The translations under genes and the position numbers were made by a program. Of a stretch of DNA of 64,000 nucleotides, positions 1 through 9,222 are shown in pieces. Below the pieces are notes generated by a model, which saw nothing but the letters and a program-made list of their open reading frames with translations, was not told the DNA's origin and searched no databases. The DNA is from Deltaproteobacteria bacterium (GTDB lineage: Bacteria > Myxococcota > Kuafuiibacteriia > Kuafuiibacteriales > Kuafuiibacteriaceae), in the NCBI GenBank assembly GCA_040218735.1, contig JAVJQW010000070.1:352001-416000 (forward strand), in the 5' to 3' direction. Numbering within the stretch: the first letter of the stretch is position 1; every line of letters begins with the position of its first letter.

Positions 1-764
1 TAGAACGCGAGCCCGCCATCCACATCGATCGTGCGGCAGTTGAAGTACTCGCACTCGATGATGAACTGCACCGCGCGCCAGATATCCTCCGGCTCGCCGA
101 TGCGGCCCACCGGGATCGCGGCGACGAGCGCGTCGCGCGCCTTCTGGTTCATGCCCTGGGTCATCGGCGTCTCGATCATGCCGGGTGCGACGGCGCCGCA
201 GCGGATGCCGTAGCGCGCGAACTCGTGGCCCCACGTCTTGGTGTTGGCGGCGAGCGCGGCCTTCGCGGCGGAGTAGTTCGACTGGCCGCGGTTCCCGTAG
301 CGGGCGACCGAGGACATGTTCACGAGCACGCCCTTCTCGCCCTTGTCGATCATCTTCGCGACGACGTCGCGCGCCATGAAGGTGGCGCCCGTCAGGTTGA
401 CGTCGATGACCGCCTGCCACTGCGCGGCGCTCATCTTGGTGATCTCCCCGCTGTTGCGATCCTTCCGCACGAGGAGGCCGTCGCGGAGGATCCCTGCGTT
501 GTTCACGAGGCCGGTGAGGCCGCCCATCGTCTCGTGCGCCCAGTCGACGAACGCGCCGACGTCTTCTTCGTTCGAGACGTCGAGGCGACGCGTGTGGATC
601 GTGCCCGCGAACGCTTCGCTCTCGGACTGCAGAGAGGCGAGGCCCTCTTCGTTCACGTCGCCCACGGCGACGGTTCCGCCGGCTTCGGCGATGCGGACGG
701 CGAAGTGGCGGCCCATGCCCTGCGCGCCGCCCGTGACGATCATCTTCGTATCAGATAGCTTCAT
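1..764 (-). CDS. SDR family oxidoreductase (FabG-like 3-oxoacyl-ACP reductase); stop codon cut by the window edge
   Basis: Not in the ORF track. Manual translation from ATG at 764: MKLSDTKMIVTGGAQGMG (TGxxxGxG), VNNAGI, NYSAAK (YxxxK), C-terminal DVDGGLAF followed by a truncated TA at positions 2-1. Confidence 0.9.
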   Translation of the reverse strand, partial: MKLSDTKMIVTGGAQGMGRHFAVRIAEAGGTVAVGDVNEEGLASLQSESEAFAGTIHTRRLDVSNEEDVGAFVDWAHETMGGLTGLVNNAGILRDGLLVRKDRNSGEITKMSAAQWQAVIDVNLTGATFMARDVVAKMIDKGEKGVLVNMSSVARYGNRGQSNYSAAKAALAANTKTWGHEFARYGIRCGAVAPGMIETPMTQGMNQKARDALVAAIPVGRIGEPEDIWRAVQFIIECEYFNCRTIDVDGGLAF

Positions 765-809
765 GGCGCCTCGCTCTTAGGCAGCGTCGAGGTCGCGAGC
801 AAGCTCTAT

Positions 810-1979
810 ATGACGGACGAGAAGAAATTCGATCTGATCCCCGAGGCGGCCACCGTCGTCGAGATCAAGAAGTCGATTCCGCCCGACGCTGCGACCGTCC
901 TGGAGAATCAGACCCCCGCACCGTCGAAACCCCCGGGCGTCATCACGGGCGTCCTGCAGCACGCGACGGAGGCGTTGCCGTCGATCGACGTCCCGCCGCA
1001 CGCCGCGCGCCAGCTCGAGCGCAGCCCCACGCCGACGCCCTCGCCCACCGAGACCACCGCGCCGCGCATCGGCGAGTACGCGCTCATCGCCCGCTTCCCC
1101 TCCAGCTCCGCGGCCGACGTGTTCCTCGGCTACAAGGTCGCGCAGTTCGGCTACATCCGCCGCGCCGTCGTGAAGTGGACGGGCTCGGACCGCGAAGACT
1201 TCCGAATGCGGCGCCAGTCGCTCCTCGACGAAGCGCGCGCGATCTCCTTCGTCGACCACCCGAACATCGTCACGCTGCTCGACGTCGCGGACACCTCGAG
1301 TGGGACTTACTTCGCAGTCGAGTACGTCGCCGGCACCGACCTGCGGCGGGTGCTCACGACGCTCGCCGAGCGCGAGGAGCGGTTGCCGTTCGAGCTGTCG
1401 TGTTTCCTCGCGTGTGAAGTGCTCCGCGGGCTCGAGTACGTGCACACCGCGCGCGGCGCCGACGGCCAGCCGCTCGACATCGTGCACCGCGACGTGAACC
1501 CGTCGAACGTCCTCGTGTCCGAGGACGGGCACGTGAAGCTCACCGACTTCGGCACGGTGCTGATGCAAGGCCGCATGCAGGACGCCACCGCACCCGGGAT
1601 GGTGAAGGGCAAGGTCCGCTACCTCGCGCCGGAGTACATCGCCGACCAGACGTGCACGAAGAGCGTCGACCTCTACAGCGTCGGCGCGATGCTCTTCGAG
1701 ATGGTCACGGGACGACCGTGTTTCTCCGGGAACACCAACGCGTCGATCATGATGCGGATCGTCCGCGACGGGCTGCCGTACCAGGAGCTCGTGGACGCCA
1801 ACGTCCCGGAGGGGCTCGCCTCGATCGTCATGCGCGCGACGGCGCGCCACGCGGATGAGCGATACCCCACCGCCACGGACCTCGTGCACGCACTGGAATC
1901 GTATCTTTTGGAGTCATCCGCGTTCGTCAGTCCCTCGACCCTCGGGACGTACATGCACGCGCACGCACTCTTCGTGTGA
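810..1979 (+). CDS. Cytoplasmic Hanks-type Ser/Thr protein kinase with Pro/Thr-rich N-terminal extension
   Basis: VVK, HRDVNPSN, DFG, YLAPE and DLYSVG motifs; no TM segment; Gly-rich loop degenerate (FPSSSAADV). Confidence 0.9.
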   Translation: MTDEKKFDLIPEAATVVEIKKSIPPDAATVLENQTPAPSKPPGVITGVLQHATEALPSIDVPPHAARQLERSPTPTPSPTETTAPRIGEYALIARFPSSSAADVFLGYKVAQFGYIRRAVVKWTGSDREDFRMRRQSLLDEARAISFVDHPNIVTLLDVADTSSGTYFAVEYVAGTDLRRVLTTLAEREERLPFELSCFLACEVLRGLEYVHTARGADGQPLDIVHRDVNPSNVLVSEDGHVKLTDFGTVLMQGRMQDATAPGMVKGKVRYLAPEYIADQTCTKSVDLYSVGAMLFEMVTGRPCFSGNTNASIMMRIVRDGLPYQELVDANVPEGLASIVMRATARHADERYPTATDLVHALESYLLESSAFVSPSTLGTYMHAHALFV

Positions 1980-2014
1980 CGCCCCGGTGCGTATTAAGGT
2001 ACGTACCGCAACGG

Positions 2015-2785
2015 ATGTTCGGTTTTCTCAACAGCGTGATCCGACTGTCGGTCGGGCTGGTGTTCACCGGAGTGGTGGTGCTCACGGGCGTCATCGCGCT
2101 GATCCCGATCATCCCGTGGCACGACAAGCGCATCCGTCTGTCGAACCACCTCGGCACCGTCCTCGGCAGCGGCATCATGTGGATCTCCGGCTGCAAGGTG
2201 ACGGTGCACGGGCAGGAGAACATCGTGCCCGGTCAGCCCGCGATCTTCGCCGGCAACCACACCTCGATCTTCGACGCCTTCACGTCGATCTGGCTGTCGC
2301 CGCAGGGCACGGTCGGCGTCGCGAAGAAGCAGATCATCTACTACCCATTCTACGGCGCGGCGTGGCTCCTCGCCGGTCACCTCACCGTCGACCGCAGCAA
2401 CACCGCCAACGCGAAGGCGTCCATGAAACGCATGGGTGAGTTCGTGCGCGCGAAAGGCCTGAGCCTCTTCATGTGGCCGGAGGGCACGCGCTCCCGCAAC
2501 GGACGCCTGCTCCCCTTCAAGAAGGGCGTCGTCCACCTCGCGCTGCAGACCGGCCTGCCGATCGTCCCGATGGTCACCGCCGGCGCGCACCGCGCGTGGA
2601 AGAAGGCGACGCTGTTCACGCTGCGGAGTGTCCCGATCGACATCACGTTCCTGCCCGCGATCGACACGTCGGGGTGGACCGAGGAGCGGATGGAGGAGCA
2701 CCTCGAAGAGCTGCGCGCGGTGATCGCCGCGGCGCTTCCGAGCGAGCAGCGCCCCGCGGACCCGGTCGAGCTCGCCGCGGCATAG
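2015..2785 (+). CDS. plsC: 1-acyl-sn-glycerol-3-phosphate acyltransferase (PlsC/LPLAT family)
   Basis: NHTSIFD (HxxxxD) and WPEGTRS motifs, N-terminal hydrophobic helix; ATG at 2015 chosen as start. Confidence 0.85.
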   Translation: MFGFLNSVIRLSVGLVFTGVVVLTGVIALIPIIPWHDKRIRLSNHLGTVLGSGIMWISGCKVTVHGQENIVPGQPAIFAGNHTSIFDAFTSIWLSPQGTVGVAKKQIIYYPFYGAAWLLAGHLTVDRSNTANAKASMKRMGEFVRAKGLSLFMWPEGTRSRNGRLLPFKKGVVHLALQTGLPIVPMVTAGAHRAWKKATLFTLRSVPIDITFLPAIDTSGWTEERMEEHLEELRAVIAAALPSEQRPADPVELAAA

Positions 2786-2792
2786 CTCTTCG

Positions 2793-3686
2793 TCAGGCCA
2801 CCGGCCACGCCACCTGCGTCTTCCAATCCTTCGGATCCGGCACCTCGCCGGGGTCCGTCAGGTAGACCTCGCGCGGCGGGCCGTTCGGCTCGAGGCCTTG
2901 CTCGTGGACGTACGTCTCGAGCGCGGCGTGGGCGTCGGCGAGGCCGTCGTAGGGGCCCGTGTGGATCGTCACCGCGAGCCGTCCGGCGGGGAGCACCTCG
3001 GCCTTGGTGTCACCGTCGCCCTTCGATCCGGGAGCGACCGCGAGCCCCCCGCGCATCGTGACGAGGCCGGGGCCCCAGTGGGTGTAGAGCGTCATCGGCG
3101 GCCCCATCATCGCGATGCCGTTCTGCGTGACGTACCCGAAGACGGCCGGGAGCAGCCGGCCGAGGGTCTCGGCGATCGCCGCGTGCGGGCACGACGCCTC
3201 CTGGTAGAGGACGGTCATCTCGGGCGCGTCCTGCAGCGTGATGTCGTAGTTCATGGTTCGTTCCTTTCGAGGTTCTAGGGGGGTGCGGAAGAGTCCGATG
3301 CACGGTCCGACGTGCAGGAGGAGCTCGGCGTGACGGACGGCGTCGGCGAGGCCGGACCGCACGGCGTCGCGGCGGAACGCGCTCGGTGACTTGTCGAAGT
3401 GCGCGGCGAAGGCGCGCGTGAATCCTTCGTGACTCTCGAACCCGGATTCGAGCGCGACGTCGAGCACCGAGTCCTCACGCGTCAGGAGCAGGACCGCAGC
3501 ACACTCGAGCTGAAGCCGGCGCGTGTACTGCTTCGGGCTCTCCTTCACGACGCGCGCGAACGCACGTTGTGTGTAAGAAGCCGAGCGCCCGACCTGGTCC
3601 GCGATCGACGCCAAAGAGCGCCGCTCGCCCCGCGCGTGACTCAGCTCGGCGAGCAGCGGCAGCCAGGTCTCGATCGTGTCCGCCAC
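2793..3686 (-). CDS. AraC family regulator with C-terminal GyrI-like effector-binding domain
   Basis: N-terminal AraC HTH (VLDVALESGFESHEGFTRAF); C-terminal HTGPYDGL...REVYLTDP GyrI-like signature. Confidence 0.88.
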   Translation of the reverse strand: MADTIETWLPLLAELSHARGERRSLASIADQVGRSASYTQRAFARVVKESPKQYTRRLQLECAAVLLLTREDSVLDVALESGFESHEGFTRAFAAHFDKSPSAFRRDAVRSGLADAVRHAELLLHVGPCIGLFRTPLEPRKERTMNYDITLQDAPEMTVLYQEASCPHAAIAETLGRLLPAVFGYVTQNGIAMMGPPMTLYTHWGPGLVTMRGGLAVAPGSKGDGDTKAEVLPAGRLAVTIHTGPYDGLADAHAALETYVHEQGLEPNGPPREVYLTDPGEVPDPKDWKTQVAWPVA

Positions 3687-3743
3687 GAAAAAGACGCTAG
3701 CAGAGCCCGTCGGTCGCTTCTTGACCGAACTTGCACGGACCGC

Positions 3744-4772
3744 TCAACGGGGCTCGTCACGCCCGCCCCGATAGATTCGCCACAGCGCGTACAGCGCGAG
3801 GGGCACCAACACCACCGACACCGTCTGCGTCGTGGAGAACATACGCGGGTCGTCGGCGGGCCAGCGGATGAACGGGAACTCGCGCTCCGGGTCGTCGCGA
3901 ACCAGCTCGATCAGGAAGCGCACGACCGAGTACGCGAGGAAGTAACCCGCGACGATCGTGCCCGGGCGCGGCTTCTTCTTCAGGTAGATGAACAAGAGCA
4001 CGAAGCCGATCGCGAACGTGAGGAGCGACTCGTACAGCTGCGTCGGGTGGAGGTGCGGCGTCGGGTCCGTGGGGCCGATCTGCCCGAGGTACGCCATCGT
4101 GAACTGCGCGAGCGAGCCGACGGGGAAGCTCACCGCCCACGGCAGATCCGTGGGGCGCCCGTAGCAGCAGCCCGCCATGAAGCAGCCGATGCGCCCGAAG
4201 CCGTGCGTGAGCGCGACGCCCAGCGTCAGCGCGTCGAGCGCCGCGAGGCCGAGGCCGATCCGGCGGAGGTAGATGAACGCAAACGCCAACGCGCCGAGCG
4301 CGCCGCCGACGAAGGCCATGCCGCCGTCCCAGAACGTCAGCGCCGAGACCGGGTTCGCCGCGTAGTCCGACCAGTTCACGGACACGTGCAGGCCGCGCGC
4401 GCCGATCAACGCGCAGATGCCGCCGTAGACCCAGAGCGTGAGGATCTGCTCGCCGGTGAGGCCCGCACCGCGGCCGAAGTGACGCTGGATCAGAAAACAC
4501 GTCGTCATGCCGACGACGACCATCAGCCCCCACGAGCGCAGGTCGATCACCACCTCGGGCGGCAGCCGCTCGGGTGTCAGGAAGACGAGCGCCACGCCCA
4601 TCGACACGATGAAGAAACCCACCGCCTGCAGCAGCGTGACGGTGAGCTTCGCGCGGCCGTGGGTCTTCAGGCCGTCGTAGACGATGTAACCCGACAGGAC
4701 GAAGACGGCGACGAAGCCCAGCACACGCGCGGTGCCGGGGGACATCTCGAGGGTCGCGAAGACCGGATACAC
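3744..4772 (-). CDS. lgt: Prolipoprotein diacylglyceryl transferase
   Basis: GARGLHV, WDGGMAFVGG, GRIGCFMAGCCYG, HPTQLYE, RFLIELVR motifs; multiple TM helices. Confidence 0.88.
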   Translation of the reverse strand: MYPVFATLEMSPGTARVLGFVAVFVLSGYIVYDGLKTHGRAKLTVTLLQAVGFFIVSMGVALVFLTPERLPPEVVIDLRSWGLMVVVGMTTCFLIQRHFGRGAGLTGEQILTLWVYGGICALIGARGLHVSVNWSDYAANPVSALTFWDGGMAFVGGALGALAFAFIYLRRIGLGLAALDALTLGVALTHGFGRIGCFMAGCCYGRPTDLPWAVSFPVGSLAQFTMAYLGQIGPTDPTPHLHPTQLYESLLTFAIGFVLLFIYLKKKPRPGTIVAGYFLAYSVVRFLIELVRDDPEREFPFIRWPADDPRMFSTTQTVSVVLVPLALYALWRIYRGGRDEPR

Positions 4773-4784
4773 GGGCGCGGTTTA

Positions 4785-5252
4785 TCAGGTCACGGTGCCG
4801 GCAAGTCCACCCCAGTTTGGGACCCAGCCGTTGCGCTGCGCATCGACCAGCCACCCGCCCTTCGTGTACGGCATGTAGCCGCCCTTGCCGGTCGCGTTGT
4901 GTGCGGCCGCGATCCACGTGGGGTACTTGAACCCGCCCGCAAAGCGCTGGGCCAGCGCGCCGCCGAACATCGACATCGCCATCGTCTTGTAATAACGCGG
5001 GATGTCCGCGGCGTCGGAGCGGCGGAACGGCCGCGACCCCAGCGCAAACAGGTCGTTGGAGTCGACCTCCTGCTGCCACCCGCCGCGGGTGTAGCGCGAC
5101 TCGGAGTAGGCGCGATCCATGTCGTTGGCGTTGCCCTTGAACAGGCCGTACAGCAGCCCGCCGAGCGCGCCCTGACGGCCCGTGAGCTGCGGGAACAGCA
5201 TGTCGGCCAAGAGGCCGAGCCCGCCAAACATCATTCCGCTACTGACCTGCAT
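4785..5252 (-). CDS. Hypothetical Gly/aromatic-rich protein (155 aa), no obvious signal peptide
   Basis: ORF with strong GC3 bias from ATG 5252; fills the gap between lgt and the next gene; preceded by a sigma28-like promoter. Confidence 0.7.
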   Translation of the reverse strand: MQVSSGMMFGGLGLLADMLFPQLTGRQGALGGLLYGLFKGNANDMDRAYSESRYTRGGWQQEVDSNDLFALGSRPFRRSDAADIPRYYKTMAMSMFGGALAQRFAGGFKYPTWIAAAHNATGKGGYMPYTKGGWLVDAQRNGWVPNWGGLAGTVT

Positions 5253-5272
5253 GGAATGGTTCCCGTCGTGGG

Positions 5273-5299
5273 TTATCGGTGATCCTACCGAACCGTTTC
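5273..5299 (-). promoter_or_regulatory. sigma28/FliA-type promoter candidate
   Basis: Minus strand reads GAAA-N15-ACCGATAA against consensus TAAA-N15-GCCGATAA, 20 nt upstream of ATG 5252. Confidence 0.55.
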
Positions 5300-5340
5300 G
5301 CTTTTCTCCAAACCCGCGGGCTTGGTAAGGATTTGCGTAC

Positions 5341-5844
5341 GTGATTCGCCTGATCGCCCTCGCCTCCTGCCTCCTGTTCGCGGCCCCCGCGCTCGCCGAC
5401 ACCACCGTCTACGTCGTCCGGCACGCCGAGAAGGTGAAGAAGGAGGGCGAGAAGGACCCGAACCTCACCGCCGCCGGCCAGGCCCGCGCGAAGGCCCTCG
5501 CGGGCGCCCTGCGCTCCGTGCCGCTCGCCGCGATCTACACCACCAAGTACAAGCGCAACCGCCAGACCGTCGCGCCGACCGAGGCCCGGCAGAGCAAGAA
5601 GGCCGTCGTCTACGAAGCGCACGACACCGAAGGGCTCGCGAAGCGCATCGTCGAGCAGCACCGCGGAAAGGCGGTCCTCGTGGCGGGGCACTCCAACACG
5701 GTGCCGGGGATGCTGAAGAGCCTGGGCGTGAAGACGAAGCTCACCCTCGACGAGGACGACTACGACAACCTCTTCGTCGTGCGCGTCGACGACGCCGGCC
5801 GGGTGCACCTCGTGCACCTGCACTTCGGCGTCATGACGCCGTAG
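5341..5844 (+). CDS. Secreted histidine phosphatase superfamily protein (SixA/PGM-like)
   Basis: Signal peptide (..APALA-D), VRHAEK motif, LVAGHSN. Confidence 0.85.
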   Translation: MIRLIALASCLLFAAPALADTTVYVVRHAEKVKKEGEKDPNLTAAGQARAKALAGALRSVPLAAIYTTKYKRNRQTVAPTEARQSKKAVVYEAHDTEGLAKRIVEQHRGKAVLVAGHSNTVPGMLKSLGVKTKLTLDEDDYDNLFVVRVDDAGRVHLVHLHFGVMTP

Positions 5845-5847
5845 CGA

Positions 5848-6855
5848 TCAGAACTTCGGCTCGGGCAGCGTGAACGACTCGAAGCGCGCCTTGTTGCCGC
5901 GGACCTCGACCCACAGCGCCATGCCGTAGCCGGTCTTGCCGTTCAGCATCATCCACGGGTCCGGGTTCGCGGTGCCCGCGTTCACGAAGAGCTGCTTCGC
6001 CCACTTGCCCGGCTTCACGCGACGCTTGCCGTTCAGGTTCGAGCCGCGGCCGCCGGCCTCGAGGATGTGTCCGAAGATTCCGAACTGCACCTTCGTCGCC
6101 GTGAGGAGGTCCGTCATCTGCTGGTCGCCGACGTGGTCACCGTCCGTGACGATGTCGATGCCGTGTTTGCCTTTCATCTTCGGCGGGCCGTGCGAGATGA
6201 GGATCTTCGGGCCGGGGCCCGCCTTGATCATGTCCTTGAGGACTTGGAGGTCCTTCGGCTTGTACTTCTCCGCGCCGCCGGTGTGGGCGAACGCGCGATC
6301 GTAATAGCCGGGGAGCGTGTAGAGGACGCCGTCGTCCAGCTCGATCTGCCGCACCCAGTTCCCGTTCACGAAGTTCGGGTGCTTCTGGAAGACCGCCGTC
6401 GCCGCCTGGTTGAAGAGCCCGCACGACTCGGTGTTGCCGATGGTGACGATCGTCAGGACGCCGAGGCTCGCGAGCTTCGGGAACAGCGTCTCGTCCGGGT
6501 TGATCTCCTGCGACGCGAGGTCCCCGTTCACGACGAGGACGTCGACGCCCTTCTTCTTCACCTTCGCGAACAGGCGATCGATCGCGTCGAGCGTCTCCTT
6601 GCGATCGTCCTTCGTCGCCGAGAGCACCGCGATGCGCAGGTGATCGTCCTTGTCCTTGTCGACCTGCACCAGCCGGTGCCCCTCGAGCCGGTACTTGTGG
6701 CCGCCTGCGTCGATCGAGATCGGCATGTCGAGTCGACCGGGTTTGCCCTCGCACTCGCCGCGGCGCTTCTCCGCGAACTCTTCGTAGGTCCCCTCACCCG
6801 CCCAAGCGGTCGAGGTCAGGAGGAGGAGCGCGGTGCAGGCGCTGGCGATTTTCAT
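5848..6855 (-). CDS. Secreted calcineurin-like metallophosphoesterase family protein
   Basis: Signal peptide; VNGDL, IGNTE, SHGPP, FGHILE motifs. Confidence 0.75.
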   Translation of the reverse strand: MKIASACTALLLLTSTAWAGEGTYEEFAEKRRGECEGKPGRLDMPISIDAGGHKYRLEGHRLVQVDKDKDDHLRIAVLSATKDDRKETLDAIDRLFAKVKKKGVDVLVVNGDLASQEINPDETLFPKLASLGVLTIVTIGNTESCGLFNQAATAVFQKHPNFVNGNWVRQIELDDGVLYTLPGYYDRAFAHTGGAEKYKPKDLQVLKDMIKAGPGPKILISHGPPKMKGKHGIDIVTDGDHVGDQQMTDLLTATKVQFGIFGHILEAGGRGSNLNGKRRVKPGKWAKQLFVNAGTANPDPWMMLNGKTGYGMALWVEVRGNKARFESFTLPEPKF

Positions 6856-7006
6856 CGGTGGGGAGGCTATCACTTTTGAGTCCACGGCCCATCGGGCCCG
6901 CGACGCGCGAGGCGTCGTCGATGGAAACGGACGTCGGCGGCGGACCTTGAGCGACATTCGCTCCTCGGACGGTACACGCGGCCGGCGCATTCACGCGCGG
7001 TCTCCT

Positions 7007-8098
7007 TCACGCGCGGGTCCGAAGCAGCCGCAGCAACCCGCCGCCCAGGCCGGGCACCCCACCGACCGTCGCGACCAGCCTCGACGCCCAGCGCGGCGAC
7101 AGCAGCGCGGTCTGGAGCCGGCGCGCGAGCGCCATCCGTACGCCGAACCGACGGCGCCAACGCCGATCCCAGCTCCGACCGTCGCCGCCCTCCAACACCA
7201 GGTCCGCCAACAGCACCGCCGACTCGATCGCCATGGCCTGCCCGTCGCCCGCCAGCGGCGCGATCATCGCGGCGGCGTCCCCGACGAAGAGCACGCCGTC
7301 CTCGTGCCGTGTCTTGTCGACGAACGGGACCTGCGCCACCGCGAGCGGTTCCCCGGCCGGTTCCAGCGTGGCCAACCGCCGCGCCAGGGGTGCGCTCGCT
7401 TCGTTCAGGTGCGCCGCGACCCGGGACCACTCCGCCCCGCCGATCGAACGCACCACGCGCTCCTCCAGGAGCATGCACACGTTCACGATGCCCCCCTCGA
7501 CGTGGCTCATCCCGCAGTACCCCCCGTCGAACGTGTGAATCTCCACGCCGCCCGCGAGATCGTCCGCACCCCGGTGGTGGCGCTTGAGGCCGACGAACGG
7601 GTGACGCCGTTCGAGGAATGTTCGGTCGAGCTGTTTGTCGATCCGCGACCGCCGGCCCTGCGCCCCGATTACGAGGTCCGCCGCGTACGACGTGCCCCCG
7701 CCGTGCACGATCCACCCCGCCCCCGTCCGCTCGATGCGCTCCACCTCGCAGCCCTCGACGCCGGTCGCACCACTCGCGACGGCGTGAGCGAACAGCCGCT
7801 GGTCCAGGGTCCGCCGGCTCACGCCGATCGCGGGCGTCGGCAGATCGATGTGCGCCTCCGCGCCGTCCGCCGCGGTGAAACGTGCGCCAAAGATCCGCGG
7901 CGGCGACACCTCGTCGATCGCCGCCATCACCTCGAGCTCCGAGAGCCACGAGACGACGTCGCCGGAGAGGAACTCACCGCAGAGTTTGTCGCGCGGGAAC
8001 GTGTCGCGTTCGAGGATCGTGACGTCGCGTCCGGCGCGCGCGAGCCGCGCGGCGACCGTCGCGCCCGCGGGTCCGCCGCCGATCACCACGACGTTCAT
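7007..8098 (-). CDS. FAD-dependent oxidoreductase/monooxygenase (geranylgeranyl reductase-like) coupled to the type III PKS
   Basis: VIGGGPAG Rossmann motif, FPRDKLCGE, VGDAAAMIAPLAGDG; ATGA overlap with the PKS stop codon. Confidence 0.88.
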   Translation of the reverse strand: MNVVVIGGGPAGATVAARLARAGRDVTILERDTFPRDKLCGEFLSGDVVSWLSELEVMAAIDEVSPPRIFGARFTAADGAEAHIDLPTPAIGVSRRTLDQRLFAHAVASGATGVEGCEVERIERTGAGWIVHGGGTSYAADLVIGAQGRRSRIDKQLDRTFLERRHPFVGLKRHHRGADDLAGGVEIHTFDGGYCGMSHVEGGIVNVCMLLEERVVRSIGGAEWSRVAAHLNEASAPLARRLATLEPAGEPLAVAQVPFVDKTRHEDGVLFVGDAAAMIAPLAGDGQAMAIESAVLLADLVLEGGDGRSWDRRWRRRFGVRMALARRLQTALLSPRWASRLVATVGGVPGLGGGLLRLLRTRA

Positions 8099-9216
8099 CG
8101 AAGGACGTCGATCGTCGCGCCTTCCATCGTGAGCCCCGGGCCGAAGCCGAGCACACAGACGCGGTCCCCCGCCGAACGGCGCGCGAGCGCGCGGTCGAGC
8201 ACGAAGAGGATGGTGGCGCTGGAGAGGTTGCCGTGTTCGCGGAGCACGTCGAACGATGCGAACAGATCGTCCTTCGTCAGATCGAGCGCGTTGGCGACCG
8301 CTTCGACGATGCGTCGACCGCCGGGGTGCACCGCCCATCCGAGCGCGCCGGGAGCGTCATCGACGAGCGCCTCCACGAAGGCACGCGCGTGCTGCTCGAT
8401 CGTCTTCGGAACGGACGGGTCGAGGTGCATCACGAACCCGTGGTCGCCGATGTCCCAGCGCATCTGATCCGCGCTGTCGGCGGTAACCTCGGAGCGCGTC
8501 GCGCGCACACGCGCGCGGCCCGGCCCTTCGCTCGAATAGACCGCGGACGATGCGCCGTCCCCGAAGAGGAGGTTCGCGACCTGCAGCGAGGCGTCCGGCG
8601 TGCGTTGGTAGTGGAGCGAGCAGAGCTCCACCGCGACCTGGAGCACGACGGCCTTCGGGTCCGCGCGCACGATCTGATCCGCGAGGCGAAGCGCGTTGAT
8701 GCCGGCGTAACAACCCATGAAGCCGACGACCGTGCGCTGCACGTCCGGCCGCAGGCCGAGCCGACGGATGAGCTGGATGTCGGGCCCCGGCGCAAAGAAG
8801 CCGGTGCAGGTGCTCAGGACCAGGTGGGTGACGGACGCCGGATCCACGTCGCCGTCCGCGAGCGCGCGCCGCGCCGCTTCTTCGGCGAGGACGGGCGCCG
8901 CCTCGGTGTACCGCGCCATGCGCTGCGCGGTGGTGGGGAACGGGTCGAGCGACCACGACGCCGGGAAGAACTCGAAGCGCGCGGGCTCCTTCTCCAGGAA
9001 GTCCGGCAACACCGTCGCCCGCTGCTCGACGCCGGAGCGCTGCGCCATCGACGCCACCATCCGCACCAAGCGAGGTGTGCAGTCCGGCTGCGCCTCGAGC
9101 GCGCGGGTCAGGAACTCGACGGTGTCCTCGGTGCGCGCGGCGTGCGGCGGCACGGCGGTGCCGATGCCCCGCAGGATCGCCCCGCCTTGATCTGCGCGAC
9201 CGTTGGGCCTCAGCAT
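8095..9216 (-). CDS. Type III polyketide synthase (chalcone synthase-like)
   Basis: Catalytic triad motifs GFMGCYAG (Cys), AVHPGG (His), HGNLSSAT (Asn); ELCSLH, LFGDG, GFGPGLT. Confidence 0.93.
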   Translation of the reverse strand: MLRPNGRADQGGAILRGIGTAVPPHAARTEDTVEFLTRALEAQPDCTPRLVRMVASMAQRSGVEQRATVLPDFLEKEPARFEFFPASWSLDPFPTTAQRMARYTEAAPVLAEEAARRALADGDVDPASVTHLVLSTCTGFFAPGPDIQLIRRLGLRPDVQRTVVGFMGCYAGINALRLADQIVRADPKAVVLQVAVELCSLHYQRTPDASLQVANLLFGDGASSAVYSSEGPGRARVRATRSEVTADSADQMRWDIGDHGFVMHLDPSVPKTIEQHARAFVEALVDDAPGALGWAVHPGGRRIVEAVANALDLTKDDLFASFDVLREHGNLSSATILFVLDRALARRSAGDRVCVLGFGPGLTMEGATIDVLR

Positions 9217-9222
9217 GGTCGG

